From sequence record OV032902.1: DNA of 64,000 bases, one strand, 5' to 3'. Positions 19,053 through 27,379 of the stretch are shown here, one piece after another. Position 1 is the stretch's first letter; every line of letters begins with the position of its first letter. The notes beneath the pieces are model-generated. The model did not search any database. It was not told where the DNA came from and saw nothing but the letters and a program-made list of their open reading frames with translations. The position numbers and the translations under genes are program-made.

Positions 19053-19724
19053 ATGAAGGAAAAGATTGTCGCAGGTCTTTTGATTGCATTGGGTTCATTC
19101 TCGTTTAACACTGAAGCTTCTACTTGTGAGACAGGCGGATGTGGCGATAGTAACTCTAACCTAAGCGGTTCACAAAACCAATCACAATACAACACGCTAC
19201 AGCAATCGCCGACAATGGCGCTCAACTCAAGTCAGTCGAATACTGTTCTAAATGCCAGTCATGCTACTTCGGGTTCTATCTCGCATTCAGCAGATGGCGG
19301 TATTAGCTTCAGTGGTTCGTGTCCTACAAACACCCTAGTCGTCAATGGCGGCTACGGAGAGAACGATTCAGAATCTTTCCCGACTAACTATCGCTCTGAG
19401 TCTAACAATGCTTACGTTAACGTAGGTGTCGTTATTCCATGGGGTCAGGCAGTCGATGATTGTAATGAAGGCGAGGCTCTCAAAATCCGTACAGCTAAGT
19501 TCGCTTACACTAAGCTACAGATTTCAACTTGTTTGGTATTCATGCAGCAAGGTATCTCATTAGATGCTGTTGCTAAGATGAGTCCTGAGTTTGCAATCTG
19601 TCCTAAGGTAGCAATGCAAGCTGAGCAAAACATGCATGGACGTATTGGTCGTCAAGCTGTAGAGCAATACAAAAAGAACATGCAGGCACAAGGAATCAAT
19701 CCTTACAAAACGTTTGCTAAGTAA
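19053..19724 (+). CDS. Secreted Cys-containing protein with beta-hairpin plus helical region
   Basis: Start moved to ATG 19053 (AAGGA RBS); signal peptide MKEKIVAGLLIALGSFSFNTEA; CPTNTLVVNGGYG...AYVNVGVVIPW...C...TC...GI...C pattern. Confidence 0.75.
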   Translation: MKEKIVAGLLIALGSFSFNTEASTCETGGCGDSNSNLSGSQNQSQYNTLQQSPTMALNSSQSNTVLNASHATSGSISHSADGGISFSGSCPTNTLVVNGGYGENDSESFPTNYRSESNNAYVNVGVVIPWGQAVDDCNEGEALKIRTAKFAYTKLQISTCLVFMQQGISLDAVAKMSPEFAICPKVAMQAEQNMHGRIGRQAVEQYKKNMQAQGINPYKTFAK

Positions 19725-19782
19725 TAAACTCGCAGTCTCTTACGAGAGGCTGCTATGATTATTATTTTGTTATGGAGGCATT

Positions 19783-19860
19783 ATGCTAAAATATGTTATT
19801 TGGTTACCGATGTCTTTCATGACGTCATTCACTATTACTTCAATCCTAATAGGAGCTTAA
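19783..19860 (+). CDS. 25-aa hydrophobic peptide, not in the ORF track
   Basis: GGAGG RBS; MLKYVIWLPMSFMTSFTITSILIGA; its 3' end carries the RBS of the next gene. Confidence 0.5.
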   Translation: MLKYVIWLPMSFMTSFTITSILIGA

Positions 19861-19862
19861 TT

Positions 19863-20777
19863 ATGTCAGTGTTCAAACAATCAGGAAAGTTGGCTGGTTT
19901 TTATGATGCTTTACCTCGCATCAACATGGCATGGACAAATGAAGAACATGCTGTTGTTATTGCGTGCTCAACAATTGTTAGGGCATTCAATAAGTTTGCC
20001 GGTATGGAGATTCCTCAATCAAGCGTACAGTTCGCGGCACCTAGTCTTCCAATCACCGAGCATGTTTTCCATGAAGCAATTGCAGCATTTAAAGAAGGCC
20101 GCTATCCTGAAACCATGTTCTTCTACTTGACCTTCATCAAGTGGCTAAACCAAGAAAACAAAATTGCCACGCATGAATTCAAAGAAGTATTCTCTGTTGA
20201 GTTCGCTGAACGCATGCTTAGTATTTTCAAGAACCACTTGCCGGTTGATTTCGGTAAGCGCCTAGATAGTTCTCTTGAATTGATCTTCATGTATCCTGAT
20301 TACTTTGACGTTATGTTCGTCGAGGATGGTTTCTGTCTCAATGTCAGAAGAGAGCTAGCGGATAAGGTAAGGGCTAGAGGCATTCCTTGTCGTCCTATAT
20401 TAGACGTAGCCGAAGAAAACATCGAAGAGCTATTCTCGGTGGATATGTTTTCTTTAGCTGCACTGGCTAAGAAAAAGTGGGAGGAAGAACTCAGAACTCT
20501 TCCAAGCGAAGAAAGAGAAAAGCGCGCATGCACGTTTAACGAATTGATGTCCCCGAAAGGAAGGATGGACATCATTACCTGGATCAAGAAAAAGATCGAG
20601 GAAAGAACTAAAGAGGTTGCCGAGTACGAAGCAGGCGTTACTGCGGCAGATAATCTTCAATACAATTCTCATGCTTACCTCAAGAAAGAACTCTTGGCGT
20701 TAATGGAGAAATACCCTGAGGTTGAAAACCTCGAATACACACGTGACGGAAAAGTCCGTATCGTGCTAGACATCTAA
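19863..20777 (+). CDS. Hypothetical protein
   Basis: Start moved to ATG 19863 (AGGAG RBS); no family recognised. Confidence 0.75.
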   Translation: MSVFKQSGKLAGFYDALPRINMAWTNEEHAVVIACSTIVRAFNKFAGMEIPQSSVQFAAPSLPITEHVFHEAIAAFKEGRYPETMFFYLTFIKWLNQENKIATHEFKEVFSVEFAERMLSIFKNHLPVDFGKRLDSSLELIFMYPDYFDVMFVEDGFCLNVRRELADKVRARGIPCRPILDVAEENIEELFSVDMFSLAALAKKKWEEELRTLPSEEREKRACTFNELMSPKGRMDIITWIKKKIEERTKEVAEYEAGVTAADNLQYNSHAYLKKELLALMEKYPEVENLEYTRDGKVRIVLDI

Positions 20778-20804
20778 TCAACATCTAACATAGAGAGATA
20801 TAAC

Positions 20805-21719
20805 ATGCAAACTATTAAAGAACCTACTACTGAAGGCATCCTGGCTTACCGTCGCGTCAATGTCAAAGGCCAAATCGGCATCATGGGTAACCTGATCGAA
20901 GCCGTTGAGTTTCTAACCAAACATGACTATACGTCATTATCTGGCAGTACTCGTCCAGTTACGTCTGTCGTTTGCCAGCGCATCGAGTACGTATTGGTCT
21001 CCCTCAGTGACGGCACCTCGGCTGTAAACTCCATCTTCCTTGACAAGGACAAAAACGTTACTCCGTTAGGTCAATACTTCTTTGGTATTTACTTTAACCC
21101 AACGATGTCGCTTGATCGAGTTAAGAATGTTTACGAGTGGTTGAAACAACATGAAGGCATGTTTGCCAGCATGGAATCTTCAGAGATTGCAGCCACGGTA
21201 GTATCTATGTTCCTAGAGACTCCTGATTCTGCACCAGAAGCCGAACTAGCAAAATCAGAAGCAGTCGATCCAGTTAAGGCATACTTCGATATGTTCATCG
21301 ACGATACGTCTTTGATTACCCCAACTCATGAAAACGTTGTTCGCTTTGATGTGGTACAGAGTCGCGGCGTTATCGCTGAGGTTTATGTTCCTGGTGACCG
21401 CAATATCAATCTCAAGAACTTCCAGGCGGACGAAGTAACTTTGTGTCATCGCGGTGGCTCGCCAAAGATTACTTTGGTTTACTGTTTCTCTAAATGCGAG
21501 AAAGAGCAGAAGCTATTGTACTTGGCACATGAAAAGTTCTTTAATGTATTGAAGAAGTCGTACGCAGAACAAGTGATGCTTTGGACACGCGCTAACGTGG
21601 CAATCAAAGTAGATGAGTTTGTGAAGCAGTTCCCTATCTTTAAGAACAACTTCCGCTTCCTTGGAGATAAGACGTCTAACGAACGCTTTATCCAAATCTG
21701 GAAGTTCTTCCAAAACTAG
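20805..21719 (+). CDS. Hypothetical protein
   Basis: 304-aa ORF in the operon. Confidence 0.8.
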   Translation: MQTIKEPTTEGILAYRRVNVKGQIGIMGNLIEAVEFLTKHDYTSLSGSTRPVTSVVCQRIEYVLVSLSDGTSAVNSIFLDKDKNVTPLGQYFFGIYFNPTMSLDRVKNVYEWLKQHEGMFASMESSEIAATVVSMFLETPDSAPEAELAKSEAVDPVKAYFDMFIDDTSLITPTHENVVRFDVVQSRGVIAEVYVPGDRNINLKNFQADEVTLCHRGGSPKITLVYCFSKCEKEQKLLYLAHEKFFNVLKKSYAEQVMLWTRANVAIKVDEFVKQFPIFKNNFRFLGDKTSNERFIQIWKFFQN

Positions 21720-21799
21720 TAAACTCGATGTCGTTCGAAAGAGCGGCATCTATGATTACTGGTGTAATCACTTAATCTATTATTTAAAAGGAATCTAAA

Positions 21800-23221
21800 A
21801 TGAAAGTATTTAACACTGATCTTGCACAGCACCTAGCTAAAGTTTCTATCGAGCGCACGTTCCGTGAAGTGGGCCAAACCTCGCGCGTTATCTTTAGCGT
21901 TGTAGAAAAAGAACCTGGCGTTGTCTTTAAGATGGACCTTGAACCTTTGGCTGGTACTCTAAAGGACTTGGACATTGTTGAATTCATGTCTGCACAAAAC
22001 CGCGCGCCTGAGTTCGGTATCGCTATCGCAATGTTCGTTCTTAATCAAGCGGGTATTGCACATCGCATAGATAGTATTGTTGAAGCAGGTAAAACATTTG
22101 CTCCTGGATACACAGGTGGGTTTTACAAGTTGAACTCAGATGGTCGCAGAATTATCGAGATCTTCTTTGATGCGACTATCTCTATCGAAGATGTTTACTC
22201 TGAAATTCGCAAGTATCTTGATGCTCCTGACTACAAGGCAATTAACTATGGACTTAGAAGGGAATCCCGAGAGGAAACCTTTAATACTCGCTATGTCCAG
22301 TTCGTGGAGTTGTTCAGTGCTATACAGACACGCGTCGACCATTCAGGTACTGATCCAATCATGCGCCTTAGTGTTCCTCCACATGTTGCCAACGACGACA
22401 TGATGAATGCGGTATTTGGTATTATCGGCAGTGACGTTTCTTTTAGTCGCGAACAGGCCATTGCGTACTCCAAGTCTGGTAATGGGACTCTTAACTTATT
22501 AGGGCTTTACTTCCTGGGTGCATATTCCTATGCGTCTGGTCTATCAGTAGAAGAGCATTACATTCATCGTGCTTATCTGGCAGGGAAGATTCGCGAACAG
22601 GATCTTGACGTATTCATCGGTTTAGCTTTTGACAATATGACTGGTACGAGTGCAACTGGCTTCAATGCTCCTCGTCACGGCAGCATGCAAGCACAAGCTG
22701 CATCAGTAGTACAACAACAGCCTCATGTACAGCAACAAGGTTTCGTTAGTCAAACCTACCAATTCGATCTTCTGGCAGAAGTACGCAAGCTTTACAAAGA
22801 CGGTTATCTCCTAGAGAAGACTGAATTCGTACAGCAAACTAATACCATCTACATGAAGTTCAAGTCTTGGACAGCTGGTGCTGTTAAACTAGAAAGCGGT
22901 GCACTGTCTATTAGTTCTGTGCACTTTGTTAATGGCGTGGTTGAAGTTACATACAGCATTCAAACTTTGATGCTTTCCCCTGGCGTTGATTACGTGCGCG
23001 AACTGGAAAACCTAAAGGTCAATCAGGAGCGTGACGAACTGGTACGCATTATTGCGGGTATCGATTCTAAAGCTCCTGGTACGATTAGCTATCAAGAACT
23101 GATGCGTGTTGATCATCCTGTGTATGAAAAATACAAGCCAATGTTCCAAGAGTTCTTTGATAGTAAACAGACTGTACCGCTAGCAGATCTAATGGTTTAC
23201 ATCATCGAATCGTTCCGCTAA
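21800..23221 (+). CDS. Hypothetical protein
   Basis: 473-aa ORF, AAGGA RBS, short Q-rich linker. Confidence 0.8.
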   Translation: MKVFNTDLAQHLAKVSIERTFREVGQTSRVIFSVVEKEPGVVFKMDLEPLAGTLKDLDIVEFMSAQNRAPEFGIAIAMFVLNQAGIAHRIDSIVEAGKTFAPGYTGGFYKLNSDGRRIIEIFFDATISIEDVYSEIRKYLDAPDYKAINYGLRRESREETFNTRYVQFVELFSAIQTRVDHSGTDPIMRLSVPPHVANDDMMNAVFGIIGSDVSFSREQAIAYSKSGNGTLNLLGLYFLGAYSYASGLSVEEHYIHRAYLAGKIREQDLDVFIGLAFDNMTGTSATGFNAPRHGSMQAQAASVVQQQPHVQQQGFVSQTYQFDLLAEVRKLYKDGYLLEKTEFVQQTNTIYMKFKSWTAGAVKLESGALSISSVHFVNGVVEVTYSIQTLMLSPGVDYVRELENLKVNQERDELVRIIAGIDSKAPGTISYQELMRVDHPVYEKYKPMFQEFFDSKQTVPLADLMVYIIESFR

Positions 23222-23228
23222 TCCAATC

Positions 23229-23254
23229 GAGGCTTCTTCGGGAGCCTCATTTCT
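23229..23254 (+). terminator. UUCG hairpin, weak terminator
   Basis: GAGGCTTC-TTCG-GGAGCCTC followed by ATTTCT. Confidence 0.5.
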
Positions 23255-23289
23255 AACCCACTGTTGCAATCCTATAAGGAGGATGCATT

Positions 23290-23622
23290 ATGAAAATACT
23301 TATGCTTGATGGACCAGTAGAAAAAGGTGGTTCATTCGCTAGCTCTCGTATGTGTGTACTGCACGACGGTCAAACTGACTGGCTAGAGGTTCGTGATCTT
23401 ATGATGCGCGTTCTAGGCATGCGCTGTTACAAACAGACCGGTGAAAAACCACGCTTCCATGAATATCGCTGTAATGCTGATAAGAAAGAAGTTAGCTTGT
23501 CTATCGGCGATTGTGTTCATAAATGCCATCTTGTTCCTGTCCCTGGGTTAACCGACCTTGCGTCTAAGTTAACTCAAATGCAAATCGACCTGGATAAGAA
23601 ATATGCACAATCTAAAGGATAA
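23290..23622 (+). CDS. Hypothetical protein
   Basis: GGAGG RBS, 110 aa. Confidence 0.75.
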   Translation: MKILMLDGPVEKGGSFASSRMCVLHDGQTDWLEVRDLMMRVLGMRCYKQTGEKPRFHEYRCNADKKEVSLSIGDCVHKCHLVPVPGLTDLASKLTQMQIDLDKKYAQSKG

Positions 23623-24514
23623 AGTGCTACTGATGATTAGCACGTCAATGCCTGCCCGCGCCCACGACATGTTCTTTATGGACGACTGGGATGTTGTCTT
23701 TCCCCGTTTAGAAAAGAAGGGTCTGACTAACACTAAACGTTGGGCAGCATTCCTTGGAACTCTTCGTCATGAAACCGGTGGCTTCCATCGATTCGAAGAG
23801 AATCTGAACTACAGTGCAAAGGCACTCATTCGCGTATGGCCTCATCGCTTTAAGAAGCCTGGTCAAGCTAAGCGTATTGCACGCAAACCGCGTGAGATTG
23901 CTAACCACGTCTATAATGGGCGTATGGGTAATCGACTTGGTTCAGATGATGGTTGGAATACTCGTGGTTCTGGTTTAATCCAGTTAACCGGTATGAACAA
24001 CTATCGCAAGTATGGTCGACGCAATGGTCTTGATCTAATCAATGACCCTGCACTGCTTCGTGAAAGCTCCCTTGCTATGTGGACAGTCGCAGCTGACTTC
24101 TTTGCAGCTACTAAAGTAAAAGGCAAAAACCTTTTCGAGTTAGCTGATGAAGGACGCTTAAAAGAAATCTGTCGTGCTGTTAATGGAGGCTATCATGGGC
24201 TTGCCGACCGTATTACTTGGACGGAGTACTACAACGCTATGTTTACTGATGCTAATGAGCTTCGTGTTCGCATCCTTTGTAAACGTGGTAAGCGCGGTAC
24301 TGTAGTCAAACAATGCCAGTACATGCTGGCGGTCATCAACGGTAACTCAGATAAGAGCTACTTGTATGATGGCATCTTTGGTAAGAAGACAGAAGAAATC
24401 GTCAAGACTTACCAGTCTAATAATGGTCTTGTAGTTGACGGGATAATCGGTACAAGAACCTATCTAAAATTGTTCTTCGAGTACGATGAAATAATCGACG
24501 TAGAAGATTTCTAA
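23603..24514 (+). CDS. GH19-family endolysin with C-terminal peptidoglycan-binding (PG_binding_1-like) domain
   Basis: AAFLGTLRHETGGF..FEENLNYS, YNGRMGN..DDGW.TRGSGLIQLTG..NY; C-terminal KRGKRG..V...Q..L...DGIFG..T...V..YQ...GL.VDGIIG..T. Confidence 0.9.
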   Translation: MHNLKDKVLLMISTSMPARAHDMFFMDDWDVVFPRLEKKGLTNTKRWAAFLGTLRHETGGFHRFEENLNYSAKALIRVWPHRFKKPGQAKRIARKPREIANHVYNGRMGNRLGSDDGWNTRGSGLIQLTGMNNYRKYGRRNGLDLINDPALLRESSLAMWTVAADFFAATKVKGKNLFELADEGRLKEICRAVNGGYHGLADRITWTEYYNAMFTDANELRVRILCKRGKRGTVVKQCQYMLAVINGNSDKSYLYDGIFGKKTEEIVKTYQSNNGLVVDGIIGTRTYLKLFFEYDEIIDVEDF

Positions 24515-24529
24515 TAAGAGGTACACACC

Positions 24530-25384
24530 ATGTCTAAGCCTGGTTATGAAACTGCCGTAGCAATCGGCACTATGTTTGGTTCTAACGCTCTACTTATCGC
24601 TAATGCTCGTCGCACTGGTGTTTTCAACGGCAAGAAAATCGAAGGTCGTTTTGTAGATACTAGCGGTGACCTAGCAGCTGCACTATTGCTGTTAGATTCA
24701 GCAGCATACCACATCTCAGCTATTTACTCTCGCCGTGCAGAGGAAGACTTCAAAGGTCAACCTGGCGGTAAGCGTAAGGTAGCGCAAACTCGCGATGCAA
24801 TCCGTAACGGCATTTGTCGTTGGACTAGCGAAATGCATGAGTTCTTCTATCCTGGTCATAAGCACTCGTTCGTGTCTACGAACAATCCATGGCTGGTTGA
24901 GAATACCAAAACTCACCGTGCATTAAAACTTCTTCTGCCTCGTGCTATCGTGGAACTCGCTTCTGTAGTTACACGTCGCAAAGGTACATGGGAAGCAATG
25001 CTAATCAATGACATGTTAAGTCAGTTGGTTGTAATCGCAAACGATCTTATTCATGGCATGCCTGGCAAGCCTGAAGAGAAAGAAGTATTCCATGCCGACA
25101 AGATTGGCGAATTCCGTGCAGCTCACCGTGGCTTCGTCGGTACAGATGTTAAAGCTCATCAAGCGCAATGGATGCCTCACAAAATGATCTCTCCAGAAGT
25201 AAGTACGTATCTTGGCTCTAAGCTAAATACACTTAAGTGGGAAATCAGTGAAAACGATGGCGAAGTCGTTAAAGCTCAAGGCGACATCGTACGTATTGGT
25301 GGTCGTGCTTACCTAGTGGTAGCAGACACGATCAAAATGCAAACCGGTTACCAGCAAGTGCCTGGTGAACTTCAACTACTGTAA
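24530..25384 (+). CDS. Hypothetical protein
   Basis: GAGG RBS, 284 aa. Confidence 0.8.
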   Translation: MSKPGYETAVAIGTMFGSNALLIANARRTGVFNGKKIEGRFVDTSGDLAAALLLLDSAAYHISAIYSRRAEEDFKGQPGGKRKVAQTRDAIRNGICRWTSEMHEFFYPGHKHSFVSTNNPWLVENTKTHRALKLLLPRAIVELASVVTRRKGTWEAMLINDMLSQLVVIANDLIHGMPGKPEEKEVFHADKIGEFRAAHRGFVGTDVKAHQAQWMPHKMISPEVSTYLGSKLNTLKWEISENDGEVVKAQGDIVRIGGRAYLVVADTIKMQTGYQQVPGELQLL

Positions 25385-25399
25385 TGGGAGATTGTCATC

Positions 25400-25957
25400 A
25401 TGGCAACTGCACAACTAACTAACAAAGACGCGCTAGAAGTAGCAGCGAAATACGATACGGGTTACAGCGCTCGTAAACTTGTGGCTTGTTACCACGAAAC
25501 AATTGCATTCCTAATGGAAAGACAACAAGACCTAACACTTAAAGGTATTGGTGTATTCCGTTTCAAGAAAGCAACTGCTAAGCGTCATGCTTACATCTCT
25601 TTCAAACCATCGCGTACTCAAGTGTCTAACGACCCTGCGAAGATGACTCAAGACACTCCGTTCGATGAAATGCTCTTCATGCTTGCAGAGCAACTCAAGC
25701 ACGATAAGTCTAAGATCCTCGAAGATTATGCGGCAGCATTCCTTGCGTTCTGTGCGTTAACTGTAGCATTTAAAGAAGATGCTCCGGTCCGCATTATTAA
25801 CGGCGGTGAATTCCGAGTTGTTGAAAAATACTATGGCGTAGTTCGCGGCAAAGAAGTGAACGGTGTACGCTACGTATTTAAGCATCACCTGACTCTGAAG
25901 AAGGACGGCGATACTAAACCTGGACCTTCTAAGCGTCACCAATTCGGTAAGAAGTAA
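25400..25957 (+). CDS. Protein with two tandem HU/IHF-like domains
   Basis: LTLKGIGVFRFK...ISFKPS and VRIINGGEFRVVEK mirror the HU V.L.GFG.F....FKP pattern, each preceded by helices; basic C-terminus. Confidence 0.55.
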   Translation: MATAQLTNKDALEVAAKYDTGYSARKLVACYHETIAFLMERQQDLTLKGIGVFRFKKATAKRHAYISFKPSRTQVSNDPAKMTQDTPFDEMLFMLAEQLKHDKSKILEDYAAAFLAFCALTVAFKEDAPVRIINGGEFRVVEKYYGVVRGKEVNGVRYVFKHHLTLKKDGDTKPGPSKRHQFGKK

Positions 25958-26649
25958 TGTTAGTAAAACACGTTGAAGTAAATCCAACGCAACTGAAGAC
26001 GATCGACTGTATCTATGACGGTCGTTTTCAAATCTCTGAAGAAGCATTTTACGATAGTCAAGAAGATATCGTATATGCGTTTCCTGCTGATCAGACCCTC
26101 GACAATATCTTCTTAGAAGACATCGAAGGTTTACCAGCGGGACGCATTAGTGCTCTTCTACTATACGCTCTAGCTTGGCGTCCTATCCCGTACATTAAAG
26201 ACGAAGACTTACTAGACCACACCAAAGGTTTACGTATTGTTGCTTCGTCTGCGGGCGCAGTCCGAGTTGGACGTTTTGTATGGAAGTTCGAAACTCCTAT
26301 CCCACATGCTTTTCATTCTACGTTTTATCACGTACCTGGTATTTCTAATATCTTGGTGAATGAAGCAGGCGGTATGAAAACCACTTCCAATGTCGACATC
26401 ACGTTGTCTGCTAACCATGGTTACAACGTTATGGTTTCTGATGATCTCGACAATTTGTTTGAGGTACATGCAAGCGTTCTAGTCGCTAGTGCATTCAATG
26501 GTATTTATATGCCGGATGCAGAATTGATTCGATACATCGATGGCGATGAAACAAACTTTGCACGCTCTAATGTAGCTTACGGTACAGCTTATCTTCCTGA
26601 GAAGGTTGATGCGCGAAACGATACCGACCCAATCTATCTAGTACAATAA
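25957..26649 (+). CDS. Degenerate NUMOD4/HNH-like protein
   Basis: FYHVPGISN..VNEAG (NUMOD4-like) and VHASVLVASAF...IRYIDGDETNFARSNVAY, an HNH_3 pattern with His and Asn ligands replaced. Confidence 0.55.
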   Translation: MLVKHVEVNPTQLKTIDCIYDGRFQISEEAFYDSQEDIVYAFPADQTLDNIFLEDIEGLPAGRISALLLYALAWRPIPYIKDEDLLDHTKGLRIVASSAGAVRVGRFVWKFETPIPHAFHSTFYHVPGISNILVNEAGGMKTTSNVDITLSANHGYNVMVSDDLDNLFEVHASVLVASAFNGIYMPDAELIRYIDGDETNFARSNVAYGTAYLPEKVDARNDTDPIYLVQ

Positions 26650-26659
26650 GGAGTCTGTC

Positions 26660-27025
26660 ATGACTACTAGCGAATTCACTACTCTTTCTGATCAAGCTAC
26701 TCTAATCGCAAACTCTGCCGATATGAGTAAACCAGTTCTTCCTATCACTACTGGTAACGCTCGCATCATTCAAGAGTTCCTTGTTCAAGAACCTAAGTCT
26801 GATGTTCGTGTCGAGTTTCGCGGTGGCGTATACGCCGTCAAACGAATCTTCGATGAAGGCATTGGCCTCATGTTCGAACTACAGGAAATGTGTCAAGCCC
26901 CGCAAGCTCAAACACAGAACTGTTCAATGACAATTCTGATGCAAGAAGATTGCGAGTTTGATGTTCGTACAGTCAATGGCTTTCGACTATTCATCGAACA
27001 GATGGGTGGCGAAGTAATCTCTTAA
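26660..27025 (+). CDS. Hypothetical protein
   Basis: AGGAG RBS, 121 aa. Confidence 0.75.
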   Translation: MTTSEFTTLSDQATLIANSADMSKPVLPITTGNARIIQEFLVQEPKSDVRVEFRGGVYAVKRIFDEGIGLMFELQEMCQAPQAQTQNCSMTILMQEDCEFDVRTVNGFRLFIEQMGGEVIS

Positions 27026-27030
27026 CTCTT

Positions 27031-27059
27031 ACCCGCCTCCTTCGGGAGTGCGGGTTTTT
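27031..27059 (+). terminator. Rho-independent terminator
   Basis: ACCCGC-CTCC-TTCG-GGAG-T-GCGGGT followed by TTTT. Confidence 0.75.
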
Positions 27060-27087
27060 CTTATTCTCTTTATAAAAGGATATCATT

Positions 27088-27228
27088 ATGCCTACAGTTC
27101 CAGGTACTCAAACTCCACGACGTCCTATGGTGGCACCGCGTTTTCAAATGCCTATCTCTAGTCACCGTCTTTTATTACTGCAATCACAAAGCCAGTGGTA
27201 CATGAAGAACAAACCAACTAGTAAGTAA
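27088..27228 (+). CDS. 46-aa basic, Pro-rich peptide, not in the ORF track
   Basis: AAGGA RBS; MPTVPGTQTPRRPMVAPRFQMPISSHRLLLLQSQSQWYMKNKPTSK (no acidic residues). Confidence 0.5.
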   Translation: MPTVPGTQTPRRPMVAPRFQMPISSHRLLLLQSQSQWYMKNKPTSK

Positions 27229-27274
27229 TATCATCGCAGTCGCTCTATGGAGCGGCTGCTATTGGTAGTATTTA

Positions 27275-27313
27275 TGAATCTGAAAAGATATTCATCTCTA
27301 TATTACCTATATG
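27275..27313 (+). promoter_or_regulatory. Early promoter, copy 4
   Basis: TGAATCTGAAAAGATATTCATCTCTATATTACCTATATG directly upstream of the adhesin gene. Confidence 0.75.
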
Positions 27314-27379
27314 AGATTGCACACGTAATCTTATAAACCACATCTAATCTTATTTAAATAACTTCAAAGGAAGACTATT

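Noticed and set aside
23603-24514. GH19 gene as a second chitinase
   Set aside because: The EENLNYS/RG.GLIQLTG subtype plus a peptidoglycan-binding domain points to an endolysin.
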